From: an uncultured delta proteobacterium
Lineage (GTDB): Bacteria > Myxococcota_A > Polyangia > Polyangiales > Polyangiaceae
DNA length: 64,000 nucleotides
Reading direction: 5' to 3'
NCBI GenBank assembly: GCA_963696385.1
Contig: CAVOKF010000003.1
Span: forward strand, 416,001 to 480,000
How positions within the stretch are numbered: position 1 is the stretch's first letter; each line of letters opens with the position of its first letter. The notes below the pieces were generated by a model. That model did no database searches, had not been told where the DNA came from, and was given only the letters and a program-made list of their open reading frames with translations. Below are positions 1 through 11,654 of this stretch, in pieces. The translations under genes were made by a program, and so were the position numbers.

Positions 1-212
1 GGACTGTGAAGCTGCGCGATCGCCCGTGCTTCGAACTCAAAGCGCGTTCGGAAATTCGGGTCCGCCTGCGAATCGCTCGTCATGAACTTGACCGCACAGC
101 GGACCTGCAGAGTAAGGTGGTCGGCAAGCCATACCGACCCCATGCTTCCGCGACCCAACTCGCGAACGAGTTTGAAGCGATTCGCGACAATACTGCCAAT
201 GGTAGGTGTCAC
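1..212 (-). CDS. Ser/Thr protein kinase, N-terminal part (truncated by the window edge)
   Basis: Manual translation from GTG at 212: [43 protein letters not shown]...[15 protein letters not shown], giving the Gly-rich loop and the AVK lysine. Not in the ORF track. Confidence 0.9.
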   Translation of the reverse strand, partial: MTPTIGSIVANRFKLVRELGRGSMGSVWLADHLTLQVRCAVKFMTSDSQADPNFRTRFEFEARAIAQLHS

Positions 213-681
213 GCTCTCACTCGCGCCCCCGCGTGGCTCGCTCAAAAAATGCTACCAGAAGCCCTACCACGGGTAGGGTACTGGGTCCAGAGGTGGTCTC
301 GCTCCGCATCGTCACCACGGGTGAGCACACGGTGTGCCCGCGCAGCTCAGCAGCTCGACCGCCTCCGGGAACCTCTGATTGTTCGGCGGGCCAACGCGCG
401 CGCGCGCACCTCGCCCCAGGCGCGGATCGGACCGCGCCCGGCCCTTTCTTGGTGGTCACCCTCGGCCTCCGACTCGGCCTCGGACCGTAGCGGCCCGAGC
501 GGGTCGAGTTCGTCGCCCCGCTCGGCGGCGCGAGCGGCGCCATGATCGGCGTGTCGCGGTCGATGCATGGGGACCCCAGCGTGGCGGCCCGCATCAGCTT
601 TTTTTTCCCAGGATGGAAAAGCGGCCGATGCCCCCCCACGTGAGGATCGGCTGGGTGAAAGCCTTGGGGCCGCTGGACCGA

Positions 682-1122
682 TCAGGGCCCTTCGACGACG
701 CGAAGCACAACGCGCGCCACACCGCGCGATCGAATCCCGATCTTGTCGGCCGCGGCACGCGAAAGATCGATAATTCGCTCCGGGTGCCCGAAGGGACCTC
801 GGTCCGTGATTCGAACTCGGACCGACTGTCCGCTCTCGACGCAGGTCACCTCCACCCAGGTCCCGAATGCAAGGGTCCGGTGCGCGGCCGTCATTTGCCG
901 TGGGTCGAACACTTCGCCGCTCGCCGTCCGCCGACCGGCGAGCCGGCCGCCGTACCAACTTGCGGTTCCGCGCTGAACCTCCAATCGCGGATTGAATCGC
1001 GGCGGCTCCGCGATGAATTCCTGGGGAGCCTCGCGAGCCGGAGGCTCCGCGTCGCGGTGCGCACACGCTCCGAGCGCCGTCAGGGTCCACCCTAAGGCGG
1101 CGACGAATCCGCGACGCCGCAT
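682..1122 (-). CDS. rlpA: RlpA-family lytic transglycosylase lipoprotein (DPBB domain)
   Basis: Lipobox LGAC; GTASWYG...TASGEVFD...TAAHRTL and DRGPF...IIDLS motifs. Confidence 0.9.
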   Translation of the reverse strand: MRRRGFVAALGWTLTALGACAHRDAEPPAREAPQEFIAEPPRFNPRLEVQRGTASWYGGRLAGRRTASGEVFDPRQMTAAHRTLAFGTWVEVTCVESGQSVRVRITDRGPFGHPERIIDLSRAAADKIGIRSRGVARVVLRVVEGP

Positions 1123-1206
1123 CGGGCCGTACGTCTAGACGATCGGTCGAGGGATCGCGACACGCTCGCGGCCCCCCCGGGGGAGAAAGCCGTGCTCGCG
1201 CGGCAC

Positions 1207-3952
1207 CTAGTGGGCCTCGGCCCAACTCTTTCCCCAGCCCACGTCTACCACGAGCGGGACGGCGAGCTTGATGACGCCCGACATTCGCCCCCGAATGCGC
1301 TCGCCCGCCTCGGCCGCGTCGGCCTCCGGGACTTCGAACACGAGCTCGTCGTGCACGGTGAGCACCAAGGGCGTTCGCAGCGCTTGCTCACCGAGCCCAA
1401 GATCGACCATGGCGAGCTTCAGGATGTCCGCCGCCGTCCCCTGAATCGGTGTGTTTCGTGCCACACGCTCCGCCTCGAGCCGCAGCGCGCGATTGGCGGA
1501 GTGCAGGTTCGGCAAGAATCGGCGTCGTCCGAGCAGCGTGCGAACGGATTCGGCTTGGCGTGCCGCCTCGACGGTGTGATCCATGAACCTCGCCACGCCC
1601 GCATAGCGAGTGAAGTACGCGGCGATGAAGCGGGCGGCTTGCTCGCGAGCCACGCCGAGCTGTTTGGCGAGCGCACTGTCGCCCATGCCGTAAATCACGC
1701 CGAAGTTGATCGTTTTGGCCGCGCGCCGCTCGTCGGCCGTTACCCTGTCGCGCGCCTTGTCGAAAACGAGTGCGGCGGTGCGCACGTGAACGTCCTCGCC
1801 CGTCGCGAACGCATCGATAAGCTCGCTATCCTGCGCGAGGTGCGCCAGGACGCGCAGCTCGATCTGCGAGTAGTCGGCACTCAAGATGACGTGCCCCGGC
1901 GGCGCCACGAACGCCGCCCGAATGGCGCGGCCCACACCCGTTCGGATGGGGATGTTTTGCAGGTTTGGGTCGCTCGAAGACAGCCGACCCGTTGCGGCCA
2001 CTGCCTGATCGAAGCGCGTATGGATACGACCCGTGTTCGGGTCGACGCACTTCGGAAGCGCATCGATGTACGTCCCCTTCAGCTTGTCGAGCTCCCGAAA
2101 CGCGAGGATGCGCGACGGCAGCGCATGCGCATCGGCGAGAGCCTCCAGCGCGTCGGCGTCGGTCGATCGCCCCCCCTTCGGGGTGCGTTTCACGACCGGG
2201 AGCCTGAGCTCGTCAAAGAGGATTTTTTCCAATTGATCCCGCGAGCGGATCGCGAAGTCCCGGCCCGCCAGGGTCTTGCATTCACTTTCGAGATCCCGGA
2301 GCTTCTGCTCCACCGTGCGCCCGACGGCTTGCAGAGTCGCCACGTCCACGAGCACGCCCCGCAACTGCATCGCACAGAGGACACTCTCGAGCGGCATCTC
2401 GACATCCCGCATCCATCCGTCGAGTCCGTCGCCGGCGAGGCGCGACTCCATGCGCGCGCGGAGATCGAGTGCCATCTCCGCGCTTGCCGCCGCGAGGGGT
2501 GCGGCTCGTACCACGTCCAGCTCTTCGAACACGGCGCGAGAACCTCGCGACTTCGGCGAAGGTTCGTCGTACCGCGTCACCCGGACGCCGATTCTCTCTC
2601 GGCCAGATCGTTCAGACCGTTCGGCGCCTCGGGGTCCAGCAGGTACGCCGCGATCATCGTATCGAAGGCCGGGCCCCCGATCGTCACCCCGACACGCGCC
2701 AAAAGCGTCATGCAACGCTTGAGATCGTGACCCACCTTCGTGACACTCGCGTCCGCCAACAGCGGAGCCAGCCGCGGTCGAACGCACTGCCATTGGAGCT
2801 GAGTCGGGCATCCTAAGTACCGGTGCGCAAGCGGAATGTAGTGGCCACGACCTGCCTCGGTCGCGAGCGACACGCCCACGATCTCGGCTCGCGTAGCGGC
2901 CGGACCCGTCGCTTCGACGGCGATTCCGATCACGGCCTTGCGGCGCGCCTCGGCCACGACCGCTTCGAGCGACTCGATGTCGAGCACGCAGCCGTACACG
3001 CGTACGGCAGGCACCGCTTGAACGGCCGTCTTCGCCGGCGAACCTTCGCGCTCGCCGTCCGAGAGTTGATCAAGCTGGCCCAGCTGACGATGAAACTCCA
3101 GTTCGGTATACAGAGCACGCAGCGCGGCTATGTCCGCCCCGCCCCAAAGCAATTTCTTTGGTTCCAATCCAGAGGGGCGTCCACGTCGAGCGTCACGAGC
3201 TTGAGGGAGACGCGCGCGTCGGCCTCGTGCTGGCGCAAGCTCTCACGCAGCTTCGGCTTCGACACGTCATCGAGCGCGCCGAAGATGGCGTCGAAGGAAC
3301 CGAACTTCGCGAGAAGATCCGAAGCCGTCTTGGGTCCCACGCCGGGGACGCCCGGTACGTTGTCGCTCGTATCGCCGGTCAGCGCGAGAAAGTCACGCAC
3401 TCGACTGGGCGGCACCCCAAGCTTTTCGCGCACCTCCGCTGGACCGTAGACCCTGTCGCGCATCGAATCCCACAAGACGACTCGATCGTCGTCGTCGCGA
3501 ACGAGCTGCATCAGGTCCTTGTCGGCACTCACGATGACGACGCGCAGTCCTTCGGCCAACGCCCGTTTCGTCACGGCGCCGATGAGGTCGTCCGCTTCGA
3601 GCCCGTCCTTGCGGAAACACGCCGCGTCCCAAGCGTGCACGATTTGCTCGACGCGATTCATTTGCTGCGAGAGATCCGGCGGCGGTGCCGGACGTGTCGC
3701 CTTGTATCGAGCATCGACCTCGTGACGAAACGTCGGCCCTTTCGAATCCATGGCGACCGCAAGCCTGTGGGGCCGACGCTCGGTCACGATTTTTTGCAGC
3801 ATGTTCACCGTGCCGAGCACGGCATGGGTCGGCTCGCCGCGCGAGCTCGATAGGGGTGGCAGCGCGTGGTACGCGCGAAATACGTATCCGGAAATGTCGA
3901 CGAGATAGAGCGCGTCGGGCGCGCCGCGGTCGGGCAGCCTGGCCGCGCTCAT
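1207..3952 (-). CDS. polA: DNA polymerase I, split over three frames by two apparent 1-nt deletions (~3164, ~2592)
   Basis: 5'-3' exonuclease (LVDISGYVFRAYHA, EADD, GDTSDNVPGVPGVGPKTA) in 3128-3952; 3'-5' exo-like part in 2577-3167; polymerase motifs TGRLSSSDPNLQNIP, ADYSQIELR, AKTINFGVIYG, VHDE in 1207-2811. Confidence 0.95.
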
Positions 3953-4114
3953 TCTCGGCTGCGATCCAAAGCGACGGCCCCGGCGCGAGCCAAGGCACGC
4001 GACCTCGCCATGCCGCCGGAGAACCCGACCCTCGACGCCTCGCAGAGCATGCGCTGGGCTTGTTAGCGGGCCGCATGAGACTCGTCTAATGTAGTGGCGC
4101 GGCGGCGCGCTTTG

Positions 4115-5536
4115 ATGAGCGATACGAACCTCCCCTTGCGCGGTCTGGTCGCTGGAAAGTACGAGCTGGTCCGTCTCATCGGTCGCGGCGGCATGGGGTA
4201 CGTCTGGGAGGGACGGCACGCGACTTTAGCGACGCGCGTGGCCATCAAGTTCGTCGACCCGGAGTACGCTGACAGCGCGGAGGCTCGCGCGCGTTTCGTG
4301 ACGGAGGCCCGCGCCGCGGCCACGATTCGGAGCAAATACGCCATTCAGATCTACGACCATGGGTTGACCGACGACGGGCGTCCGTACATCGTCATGGAAC
4401 TCTTGGCCGGGGAACCGCTCGATCGCCGACTGGAGCGGCTGGGTCGGCTGCCGCTAGGCGAGACGGCCCGACTGCTCGGGCAGGTCTGCCGAGCACTGCA
4501 GCGTGCGCACGACGCGGGCATCATTCACCGCGACCTCAAACCAGAGAACATATTTCTCGTCAGCTCCTCCGACGACGACGAGGAGATCGCGAAGGTTCTG
4601 GATTTCGGCATCGCCAAGTTCAAGGGCCTTCCGGGCGGACCGGCTGTGACGAGCAGCACAAGGACGGGAGCCGTGCTCGGTACCCCCTTCTACATGTCGC
4701 CGGAACAAGCGCGCGGGTTGCGCGACATCGACCACCGGACCGACCTTTGGTCGCTCGGCGTGATCGCGTACAAATGCGTCACCGGCATGTTGCCCTTCGA
4801 CGGCGAGAGCGTGGGGGACCTGCTGGTCAAAATCTGCACTGCCCCCCTTCCGGTTCCCTCTGTGACGCTGCCCGGACTGCCGGTCGGGTTCGACCGATGG
4901 TTCACGCGTGCACTCGAGCGCGAGCCCGGCCGGCGTTTCGGGTCGGCGTCGGAGCTCGCGGACGCCCTCGCCGCGACGGCGGGCATCACCGGGGCGGGCG
5001 CCCGCGCCCATCCGTCCGGCGCCCGTCCGATCGACGCGGTCGCGCCGGGGGAGTCGGCGTCGAGCGATGCCTACGAGGCTTCGGCGGCGGGCACTGGAAC
5101 GTCGGCGCCATTCATCGCCCCATCGACCGCGCCCGCGCGATCCACGCGCGCCAAGTGGATCGGTGTCGTCGCTTCGGGCGTGCTCGGGGGTACCGTCGGG
5201 GTCTTGGCCGTCGTGAGGGTCGTGTCGACGGCCCCATCGAGCCCCCAGAGAGTCGTCGAGTCGCCCATCCCCATTTCGCCGGCTTCGCCGGCACCCCCGG
5301 TCTCGGTCGGGCTCCCTCCCCCATCTGCGACCGCCGCGGGTCCCGTCGGTCCGAACCCGCCGTCGGTCCCGTCGCTCGCGACTGTCCGTACGCCGAGACC
5401 TCCGAGTGGGGCCGTCGTCCTCAAGCCCGTAGCGAGCGCGCCAACGGCGGCGTCGGCACGGCCGGCCCCTGCCCTCGCCTCGTCGTCTGCGGTGCCGGCA
5501 ACTTCCAAACCGATGACGGCGGATCCGGGGTATTGA
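4115..5536 (+). CDS. Membrane Ser/Thr protein kinase (Pkn-type) with Pro/Ala-rich C-terminus
   Basis: GRGGMG, VAIK, HRDLKPEN, DFG, GTPFYMSPEQ; one TM segment. Confidence 0.95.
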   Translation: MSDTNLPLRGLVAGKYELVRLIGRGGMGYVWEGRHATLATRVAIKFVDPEYADSAEARARFVTEARAAATIRSKYAIQIYDHGLTDDGRPYIVMELLAGEPLDRRLERLGRLPLGETARLLGQVCRALQRAHDAGIIHRDLKPENIFLVSSSDDDEEIAKVLDFGIAKFKGLPGGPAVTSSTRTGAVLGTPFYMSPEQARGLRDIDHRTDLWSLGVIAYKCVTGMLPFDGESVGDLLVKICTAPLPVPSVTLPGLPVGFDRWFTRALEREPGRRFGSASELADALAATAGITGAGARAHPSGARPIDAVAPGESASSDAYEASAAGTGTSAPFIAPSTAPARSTRAKWIGVVASGVLGGTVGVLAVVRVVSTAPSSPQRVVESPIPISPASPAPPVSVGLPPPSATAAGPVGPNPPSVPSLATVRTPRPPSGAVVLKPVASAPTAASARPAPALASSSAVPATSKPMTADPGY

Positions 5537-5565
5537 CGTACCGATCGCCGGCCAAGGCCCTCCTC

Positions 5566-6882
5566 ATGCGAGTCCTTCCTTTCCTGGTCTCTGCGGCGGC
5601 CCTTGTCTGGAGCGGCGTGGCCGGCGCTCAGGTAAGCGACGCGGAACGCGCAGCCGCGCGGGAGTTGTTCAAGCAGGGCGACGAACTTCAACGAGCCGGA
5701 CGCTTCGCCGAAGCCCTCGACAAATTCGAACGCGCGCAGCAAGTGTTCGGCGCGCCCACCAACCAGCTTCGGGTCGCGGAATGCGACGCCGCCCTGGGGC
5801 GCCTGGTCGAGTCCGCGGAAGCGTATCGCGCGGTGGTGCGAACCGTGCTGCCGGTTGGGTCCCCCCCGGCGTTCCAAGCTGCGGTCGATCAGGCCAAGGC
5901 CGAGCTCGGACAGGTCGAACCGCGGGTACCGCGACTGACCGTCCAGGTGCAACCGACGGTCGACCGCGCCGAGCTGCGGATCGACGGCCAAACCGTCCCC
6001 TCGGCTCTGATCGGTGAACCGATGCCGCTCGATCCGGGCCGGCATCAAGTCGCGGTCAGCGCTCCGGGATACGCTCCGGCCGAACAGGTCATCGAGCTCA
6101 AGGAGCGCGAAAGCCAACCCGTTCGATTCGTACTCCGGTCGATGCCGACGGCGGCGCCGCCCCTGCCGCCACCGCCGCCCGCGCCCGCAAGCGCGCCGCC
6201 TCCGCCTCCACCGGCTCCGCCCTACGCTTCCGCCGCTTTAGTGCCGGCACCCCGTAGTGTCTCCGTCAATCGGCCGGTCTCGCGGCTCGGGCTCCTGTTG
6301 GGCGGTCACCTCGGCGGAGAAGTCTTGTCCGGCACCGTGCCGGTCGGGGCCGGGAAATCGGTCAACGCCGATGCGATCGCGTCGGCCGGCTTCGCATTCG
6401 GAGCGGACGCCGGCTTTCGCTTTGCGCGTCACTGGTTGGTGGGCGGCGTCGTCGAGCATGCGAGCCTCGGTCAAGGCAATCGCTCCGAACTCGGTTCCGG
6501 CGTCGCCGTGAGCTCCGACACGACGCTCGTCGGAGTCACCTTCGGTTTCATCGGCAATCCGGACTGGACGAGCTTTTATGGGGAGGTGGGCATTGCGAAT
6601 CGGTGGTTTCACTATCGGTCCACATGCCCCGGAGTCGGGGTAACGAGTTTCTGCGGTCCGATCGCGCCCGCGGACTACACGGACAGCAGCGCGGAATTCA
6701 CGCTGGGCGCAGGCGTCTGGATCCCAGGTGGCCGCTCGTTCCGGTTGCTCCCCAAGGCGACGCTGGGCTTAGGGGCGTTCAATCAGCCCGACCAAGACGC
6801 GGGCGCCGCCACGGCGACGAGCGCACCGTGGCACACGTTTTTCATGATTGGCATTGCGGGATTTTACAACCTGGACTTCTGA
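5566..6882 (+). CDS. Secreted TPR + PEGA domain protein with C-terminal beta-barrel-like region
   Basis: Signal peptide; AARELFKQG TPR-like helices; PEGA (LDPGRHQVAVSAPGY); terminal aromatic YNLDF; usual partner of myxobacterial kinases. Confidence 0.75.
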   Translation: MRVLPFLVSAAALVWSGVAGAQVSDAERAAARELFKQGDELQRAGRFAEALDKFERAQQVFGAPTNQLRVAECDAALGRLVESAEAYRAVVRTVLPVGSPPAFQAAVDQAKAELGQVEPRVPRLTVQVQPTVDRAELRIDGQTVPSALIGEPMPLDPGRHQVAVSAPGYAPAEQVIELKERESQPVRFVLRSMPTAAPPLPPPPPAPASAPPPPPPAPPYASAALVPAPRSVSVNRPVSRLGLLLGGHLGGEVLSGTVPVGAGKSVNADAIASAGFAFGADAGFRFARHWLVGGVVEHASLGQGNRSELGSGVAVSSDTTLVGVTFGFIGNPDWTSFYGEVGIANRWFHYRSTCPGVGVTSFCGPIAPADYTDSSAEFTLGAGVWIPGGRSFRLLPKATLGLGAFNQPDQDAGAATATSAPWHTFFMIGIAGFYNLDF

Positions 6883-7120
6883 TGCACCGGTCGCCGCCTA
6901 CCCAGGTATCCCCCCCGATCGCGCAGTCGCCCGGCCCGCCCTTGCGGCACAACCCGCCATTTTGGCACAAGCGGCCGCCCGTGCCCCCCGAACGACAGGA
7001 CGCCCCCTCTGGACCGAAGACGCCTTGGACGTCGTCGACGGTGACTGCTTCTGGCCATAGCCTTAAGCGGCGTTCGCGTTTAGACTGGCGGTTGGCTCGT
7101 TTGGGGGTGAGAGACGATCA

Positions 7121-7489
7121 ATGACGAAGGCCGAGATCGTCCAGGCGCTCTACAGCAAAGTGGGTGGGTTCTCTCGCAAAGAGTCCGCCGAGCTCGTGGA
7201 CCTTGTCTTCGAGATGATGAAGGAGACACTTGGCCAGGGTGAGAAGCTGAAGGTGAGCGGCTTCGGCAACTTCGTCTTGCGCGACAAGCGGCAGCGACCG
7301 GGTCGGAACCCCCAGACCGGCCAACCGATCAACATCACCGAGCGACGTGTCCTCACGTTCAAGGCCAGCCAGATTTTGAAGCAAGCTCTGAACTTACGAA
7401 TCGACGCGGCCACCGCGAATGGCAGCGGCGCCGCGGCCACCGTCCTGGCCTCAAGCGGAGCCGCGGACGCGCTGGTGGCGAAGGATTGA
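7121..7489 (+). CDS. ihfA: Integration host factor subunit alpha
   Basis: MTKAEIV...LKVSGFGNF...RPGRNPQTG...RRVLTFKAS; followed by the usual MerR gene. Confidence 0.92.
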   Translation: MTKAEIVQALYSKVGGFSRKESAELVDLVFEMMKETLGQGEKLKVSGFGNFVLRDKRQRPGRNPQTGQPINITERRVLTFKASQILKQALNLRIDAATANGSGAAATVLASSGAADALVAKD

Positions 7490-7510
7490 TCGAGGCACCG
7501 GGGCGGTCCA

Positions 7511-7936
7511 ATGGTGGCGACGAGTCCGGCAGCCCTTCCCACGAAGCCGTACTTCCGAATCGGCGAGGTCGCCGAGCTGGTTGGTGTCGAGCCTCACGTG
7601 CTCCGCTACTGGGAGCGCGAGTTTCGCGCGATTCGCCCGACGAAGAGCGCAAAGGGCCAGCGTGTGTATTCTCGGCGCGACGTCGAAAATCTCATGCGAG
7701 TCAGGGACCTTCTCTATCAAGAAGGTTTCACGATCGCGGGTGCGAAAAAACGGCTCGGCCGGGGCTCGCTGGATCTTCACACGCCCGAAGTGACGGCGCC
7801 GCCGCGGAGCATCGAACCGCCGCTGGCACGGTCCCACGAACCGCGTGCGGACCCCGACAAAGCGCGCGAGCAGCTGCTCGCGATGCGAGGCGACATCGAG
7901 GATTTTCTCGCCAAGCTCGGTCCGCCGACCCGCTGA
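7511..7936 (+). CDS. MerR-family transcriptional regulator (ihfA-linked)
   Basis: YFRIGEVAELVGVEPHVLRYWEREF...QRVYSRRDV. Confidence 0.92.
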   Translation: MVATSPAALPTKPYFRIGEVAELVGVEPHVLRYWEREFRAIRPTKSAKGQRVYSRRDVENLMRVRDLLYQEGFTIAGAKKRLGRGSLDLHTPEVTAPPRSIEPPLARSHEPRADPDKAREQLLAMRGDIEDFLAKLGPPTR

Positions 7937-7985
7937 TCTCACTTACGCTCGAGCCAAGAAGTGATTATAACGCGCGCCCTACCCC

Positions 7986-10169
7986 ATGCACAGGCGCCGC
8001 CGCTCGCACGCGCTGACTCTCCTGGCGCTCGTCGCGCCCCTATTTTCCGCGTCCGCCGTCCGCGCGCAAAGCACCGCGCGACCCGCGGCGGCTGCGGATT
8101 CGGCCGCCCCCACTGCCGCGCCATCGGCGAGTAGCCCTTCGCCGCAAAGGCCTCCGCTCATTACGCCCATCGCGGCGCCGACGGCCGCGAGCAGTCCGGC
8201 GGCACCGACGGCCGCGGCCGGTCCCGCGGCGGCGACGACGAGCCCGTCATCGCCTTCTTCGCTGGCGCCGGGCCGGCCGCCGACGGGGGTCATTAGCCCC
8301 GCACGCGACCAGCAGGACCTCGCCGCCCAGGGCGCCCAGCGACCGGACGCCGGCGAGCTCGCCGGAGGCGCCAAGCAGACCTTCAGCGACGATTGGTGGG
8401 GCCGGGCACGGCCGATCATCGAGTTTCACGGCTTCTTTCGCACACGCGCGGAGCTCTTTCAGAATTTCGGGCTCGGCCGACACAGCAGCAGTCTTCAGGG
8501 GAACGACCCGCAGTACCTTTGGCCGCAGCCGCTCGACAACTCCTACACGGTCATCAGCCCCGGGGGCGACGCCGGAGGATCGCGCAGCGTGAACGTGTGC
8601 GGCAACGCATCGCCGCCAACCGCCAATTGCTACGACAAGAGCGAGTCGAGCGCCAACATGCGTTTGCGGCTCGATCCGGAGATCGACATCTCGGACAACC
8701 TGAGGATCGTGACCGAGGTCGATCTTCTCGACAACGTCGTGCTCGGGTCCACCCCAAACTCCTACGCGACACAACCAGCGGGCTCGTCCACCACGGGAAC
8801 GAGCAACGCGCTGAAGACCCCGACGGGCTACCAGTCCGCCGGCTACAATGCGTACGCGCCCGTCGGGTTCTTCGCCACGACCCAAGGGCCGCCCACGGCA
8901 GGCGTCAACTCCACGACGAACTCGATCGACGTTCAGCGAGTCTGGGGCGAGTACATGACTCCCGTCGGACAGCTTCGCTTCGGGCGAATGCCAAGCCAGT
9001 GGGGTCTCGGCATGGTCGACAATGCCGGCGACGGCATCGACAGCGACTACCAAACCACCGTCGACCGAATCATGTTCGTCACCGGGATCAAGTCGATGGA
9101 TGTGTTCTTCGGCGGCGCGTGGGACTTCATTTCCACCGGTCCGACGGCGCTTCCCGGAGCCAGCACCTCGACCGTATGGGACGTTTACGGCGGGCAACCG
9201 TACAACACGTGCAACCGCTGCAACGTGGGCGAATGGGCCGCATGGGTTGCGCACCGCACCAACCCCGACCTCCAGCGATTGTCGCTGACGCGCGGCGACG
9301 TGGTGATCAACGGAGGACTCTACGCCAAGTTCCGTCGTCAAGACATCGACGTCGCCTCCGGAAGCGGCGAGATCCCGCAAACGGTCGACTCCACGAACCC
9401 GAACGACCTCGAGGCGCGCAAAGCCTGGGCGTTTACGCCGGACCTGTGGGTGCAGATGCTTTGGCGCAAATTGCGATTCGAGGCCGAGGCTGCGATGATC
9501 TGGGGCGAGATCGGGTCCCTTCCCGGTCTCGAAGAGGCCACGGTCGCCAACCCCGTCGACATTCGCGAGTTCGGCGTCGTCACGCAGACCGAGTACCGTG
9601 CGATCGACGACAAGCTCGATCTCCAATTCGGCTTCGGCTACGCGAGCGGCGATCCCTGGGCATACAACTCCGCGGGATCGGGCGTGCAAGGTCAAGGCGC
9701 ACTGCAACCAAACGGAGCCGGTGTGCAGGATGAGTTCAACAACGGACCGATGTCGACGTTCCGCTTTCATCCCGATTATCGCATCGATCTCATCTTTTTT
9801 CGCAACATCCTCACGCGGGTCGAAGGCGCGTACTACTTCCGCCCGAGCGTCGACTACGACTTCATTCGCCACTCGGACGGCGAGAAGATCGGCGGCGGCC
9901 TCGCGGCCATCTACAGCCGAGCCAGCGAGTTCGTCCAAACTCCCGGTCATCAGAGCGACCTCGGGATCGAGTTCGACGGCCAGCTCTACTACCAGTCGAA
10001 GGATGGGTCGCTCAACGACGACCCCAGCAAAATTGGCGGCTTCTACGCCATGCTGCAGTACGGCGTCTTCTTTCCCTTCGGTGGACTGGCCTATCTCGGC
10101 ACTCAGCCGTTCAACGCAAGCCTTTCCGCGGCACAAATCGCGCGTCTTTTCCTCGGCATCGTCTTCTGA
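7986..10169 (+). CDS. Myxobacterial outer-membrane beta-barrel protein (TIGR04551-like)
   Basis: Signal peptide, Pro/Ala linker, GFFRTRAELF, LRFGRMPSQWGLGM, FRFHPDYRIDLIFFR, terminal F; family assignment from recall. Confidence 0.7.
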   Translation: MHRRRRSHALTLLALVAPLFSASAVRAQSTARPAAAADSAAPTAAPSASSPSPQRPPLITPIAAPTAASSPAAPTAAAGPAAATTSPSSPSSLAPGRPPTGVISPARDQQDLAAQGAQRPDAGELAGGAKQTFSDDWWGRARPIIEFHGFFRTRAELFQNFGLGRHSSSLQGNDPQYLWPQPLDNSYTVISPGGDAGGSRSVNVCGNASPPTANCYDKSESSANMRLRLDPEIDISDNLRIVTEVDLLDNVVLGSTPNSYATQPAGSSTTGTSNALKTPTGYQSAGYNAYAPVGFFATTQGPPTAGVNSTTNSIDVQRVWGEYMTPVGQLRFGRMPSQWGLGMVDNAGDGIDSDYQTTVDRIMFVTGIKSMDVFFGGAWDFISTGPTALPGASTSTVWDVYGGQPYNTCNRCNVGEWAAWVAHRTNPDLQRLSLTRGDVVINGGLYAKFRRQDIDVASGSGEIPQTVDSTNPNDLEARKAWAFTPDLWVQMLWRKLRFEAEAAMIWGEIGSLPGLEEATVANPVDIREFGVVTQTEYRAIDDKLDLQFGFGYASGDPWAYNSAGSGVQGQGALQPNGAGVQDEFNNGPMSTFRFHPDYRIDLIFFRNILTRVEGAYYFRPSVDYDFIRHSDGEKIGGGLAAIYSRASEFVQTPGHQSDLGIEFDGQLYYQSKDGSLNDDPSKIGGFYAMLQYGVFFPFGGLAYLGTQPFNASLSAAQIARLFLGIVF

Positions 10170-10304
10170 CCCGACGGACGCTCGATCGCGCGCTATAAGA
10201 AGCGCATCGCGGGTGACACGAGGTGAATCGCCGGATGGATCGGCGAGCCACGGTGAGCTCGTCCGACGGGCGAGCCGTTCAATCACTTGGGGGCGGGAAG
10301 CGGA

Positions 10305-11654
10305 ATGGCGAAGATTCTCATCGTCGACGACCAGCGCAACATGCGCACGACACTCGCGATCATGCTGCGCGAAGCCGGCTACGAAGTCGACGAAGCCGCG
10401 GACGGCGAAGAAGGGACCGATCGAGGCGCGACGGGCGCTTACGATGTGGTGCTCACCGACTTGCGCATGGGCAACAAAGACGGGATCGACGTGTTGCGTT
10501 CGACCAAAGACGCTCACCCGCTTACGGAGGTGATCGTCATGACGGCGTACGGCACGATCGAGAGCGCCGTCGAAGCGATGCGCGTCGGCGCGTACGACTA
10601 CATTCAGAAACCGTTCACGGAGCAAGAGCTGCTCGTGAAGGTCACCAAAGCGGTGGACAACCGCCGCCTCGCGGGCGAAGTCACGTTTCTCGCCAGAGAG
10701 TTCAGGGACCGCTACAAGTTCGAAAACATCATCGGACAGTCGCGCGCTGTCCGCGAGGTACTCGGACGCATCGTACGGGTGGCGCCGACCGATGCCATCG
10801 TGCTCATCACGGGCGAGAGCGGAACCGGCAAAGAGCTCGTAGCGAAAGCGATTCACGCCAACAGCAAGCGCGGCGAGCGCCCCTTCGTGCCCGTCAACTG
10901 CGCAGCCATCACGGAGACGTTGCTCGAGAGCGAGCTGTTCGGTCATGCGAAGGGGTCGTTCACGGGCGCCGTCAGCGCCCGAAAAGGACTGTTCGAGGAA
11001 GCGGATGGAGGCACGTTTTTCTTCGACGAGATTGCCGAAACGCCCATTACGTTCCAGGCGAAGCTGTTGCGCGCGATCCAGGAGAACGAGGTGCGCCGGG
11101 TCGGCGAGAACAAGCCCATCCAGGTGAACGTTCGGGTCATCGCCGCCACCAACCAGGACCTTTTGACCGCCGTGGCCGAGAAGCGCTTCCGGCAGGACCT
11201 CTACTATCGGCTCAACGTCGCCCGCTTTCAATTGCCGCCGCTTCGCGAACGTCGCGAAGACATTCCCGATCTCGTGAATTTTTTTCTCGAGAAGTATGCG
11301 CGCAAGATGGGCGTCAGACCCCGGCTCCACGACAACGTCATGGACGCCCTGACGCCTTATGAATTTCCCGGCAACGTCCGCGAGCTCGAGCACATGATTG
11401 AACAAGCCGTGGCCCTGGTGCAGAACGGAGTCATCACGGCGGATGATCTTCTGCCGCCCGCGCCGAGCACCCCGCTCGCCCCATCCAACATGGGGGGCCG
11501 AGCGCTGGCCGTCGTCGTCGATTCCGCCGAGCGTGCCGCCATCGAGGGAGCCCTTCGCGAGAGCGACGGAAGCCGGGAACGAGCGGCCGATCTTTTGAAC
11601 ATCTCGCCTACGACTCTATGGCGAAAAATGACCCGACTGGGCATCACCTTCTAG
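10305..11654 (+). CDS. Sigma54-dependent response regulator (NtrC/AtoC family)
   Basis: REC domain; GESGTGKE; ESELFGHAKGSFTGA; FRQDLYYRL; Fis-type HTH. Confidence 0.95.
   Translation: MAKILIVDDQRNMRTTLAIMLREAGYEVDEAADGEEGTDRGATGAYDVVLTDLRMGNKDGIDVLRSTKDAHPLTEVIVMTAYGTIESAVEAMRVGAYDYIQKPFTEQELLVKVTKAVDNRRLAGEVTFLAREFRDRYKFENIIGQSRAVREVLGRIVRVAPTDAIVLITGESGTGKELVAKAIHANSKRGERPFVPVNCAAITETLLESELFGHAKGSFTGAVSARKGLFEEADGGTFFFDEIAETPITFQAKLLRAIQENEVRRVGENKPIQVNVRVIAATNQDLLTAVAEKRFRQDLYYRLNVARFQLPPLRERREDIPDLVNFFLEKYARKMGVRPRLHDNVMDALTPYEFPGNVRELEHMIEQAVALVQNGVITADDLLPPAPSTPLAPSNMGGRALAVVVDSAERAAIEGALRESDGSRERAADLLNISPTTLWRKMTRLGITF

Noticed and set aside
217..680. Possible small gene between the kinase and rlpA
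   Set aside because: Several overlapping low-complexity frames, none convincing.
1192..11405. Long antisense ORFs such as 1192-2730 (+) and 8247-11405 (-); likewise 20254-22818 (-)
   Set aside because: Shadow frames of real genes, expected in high-GC DNA.
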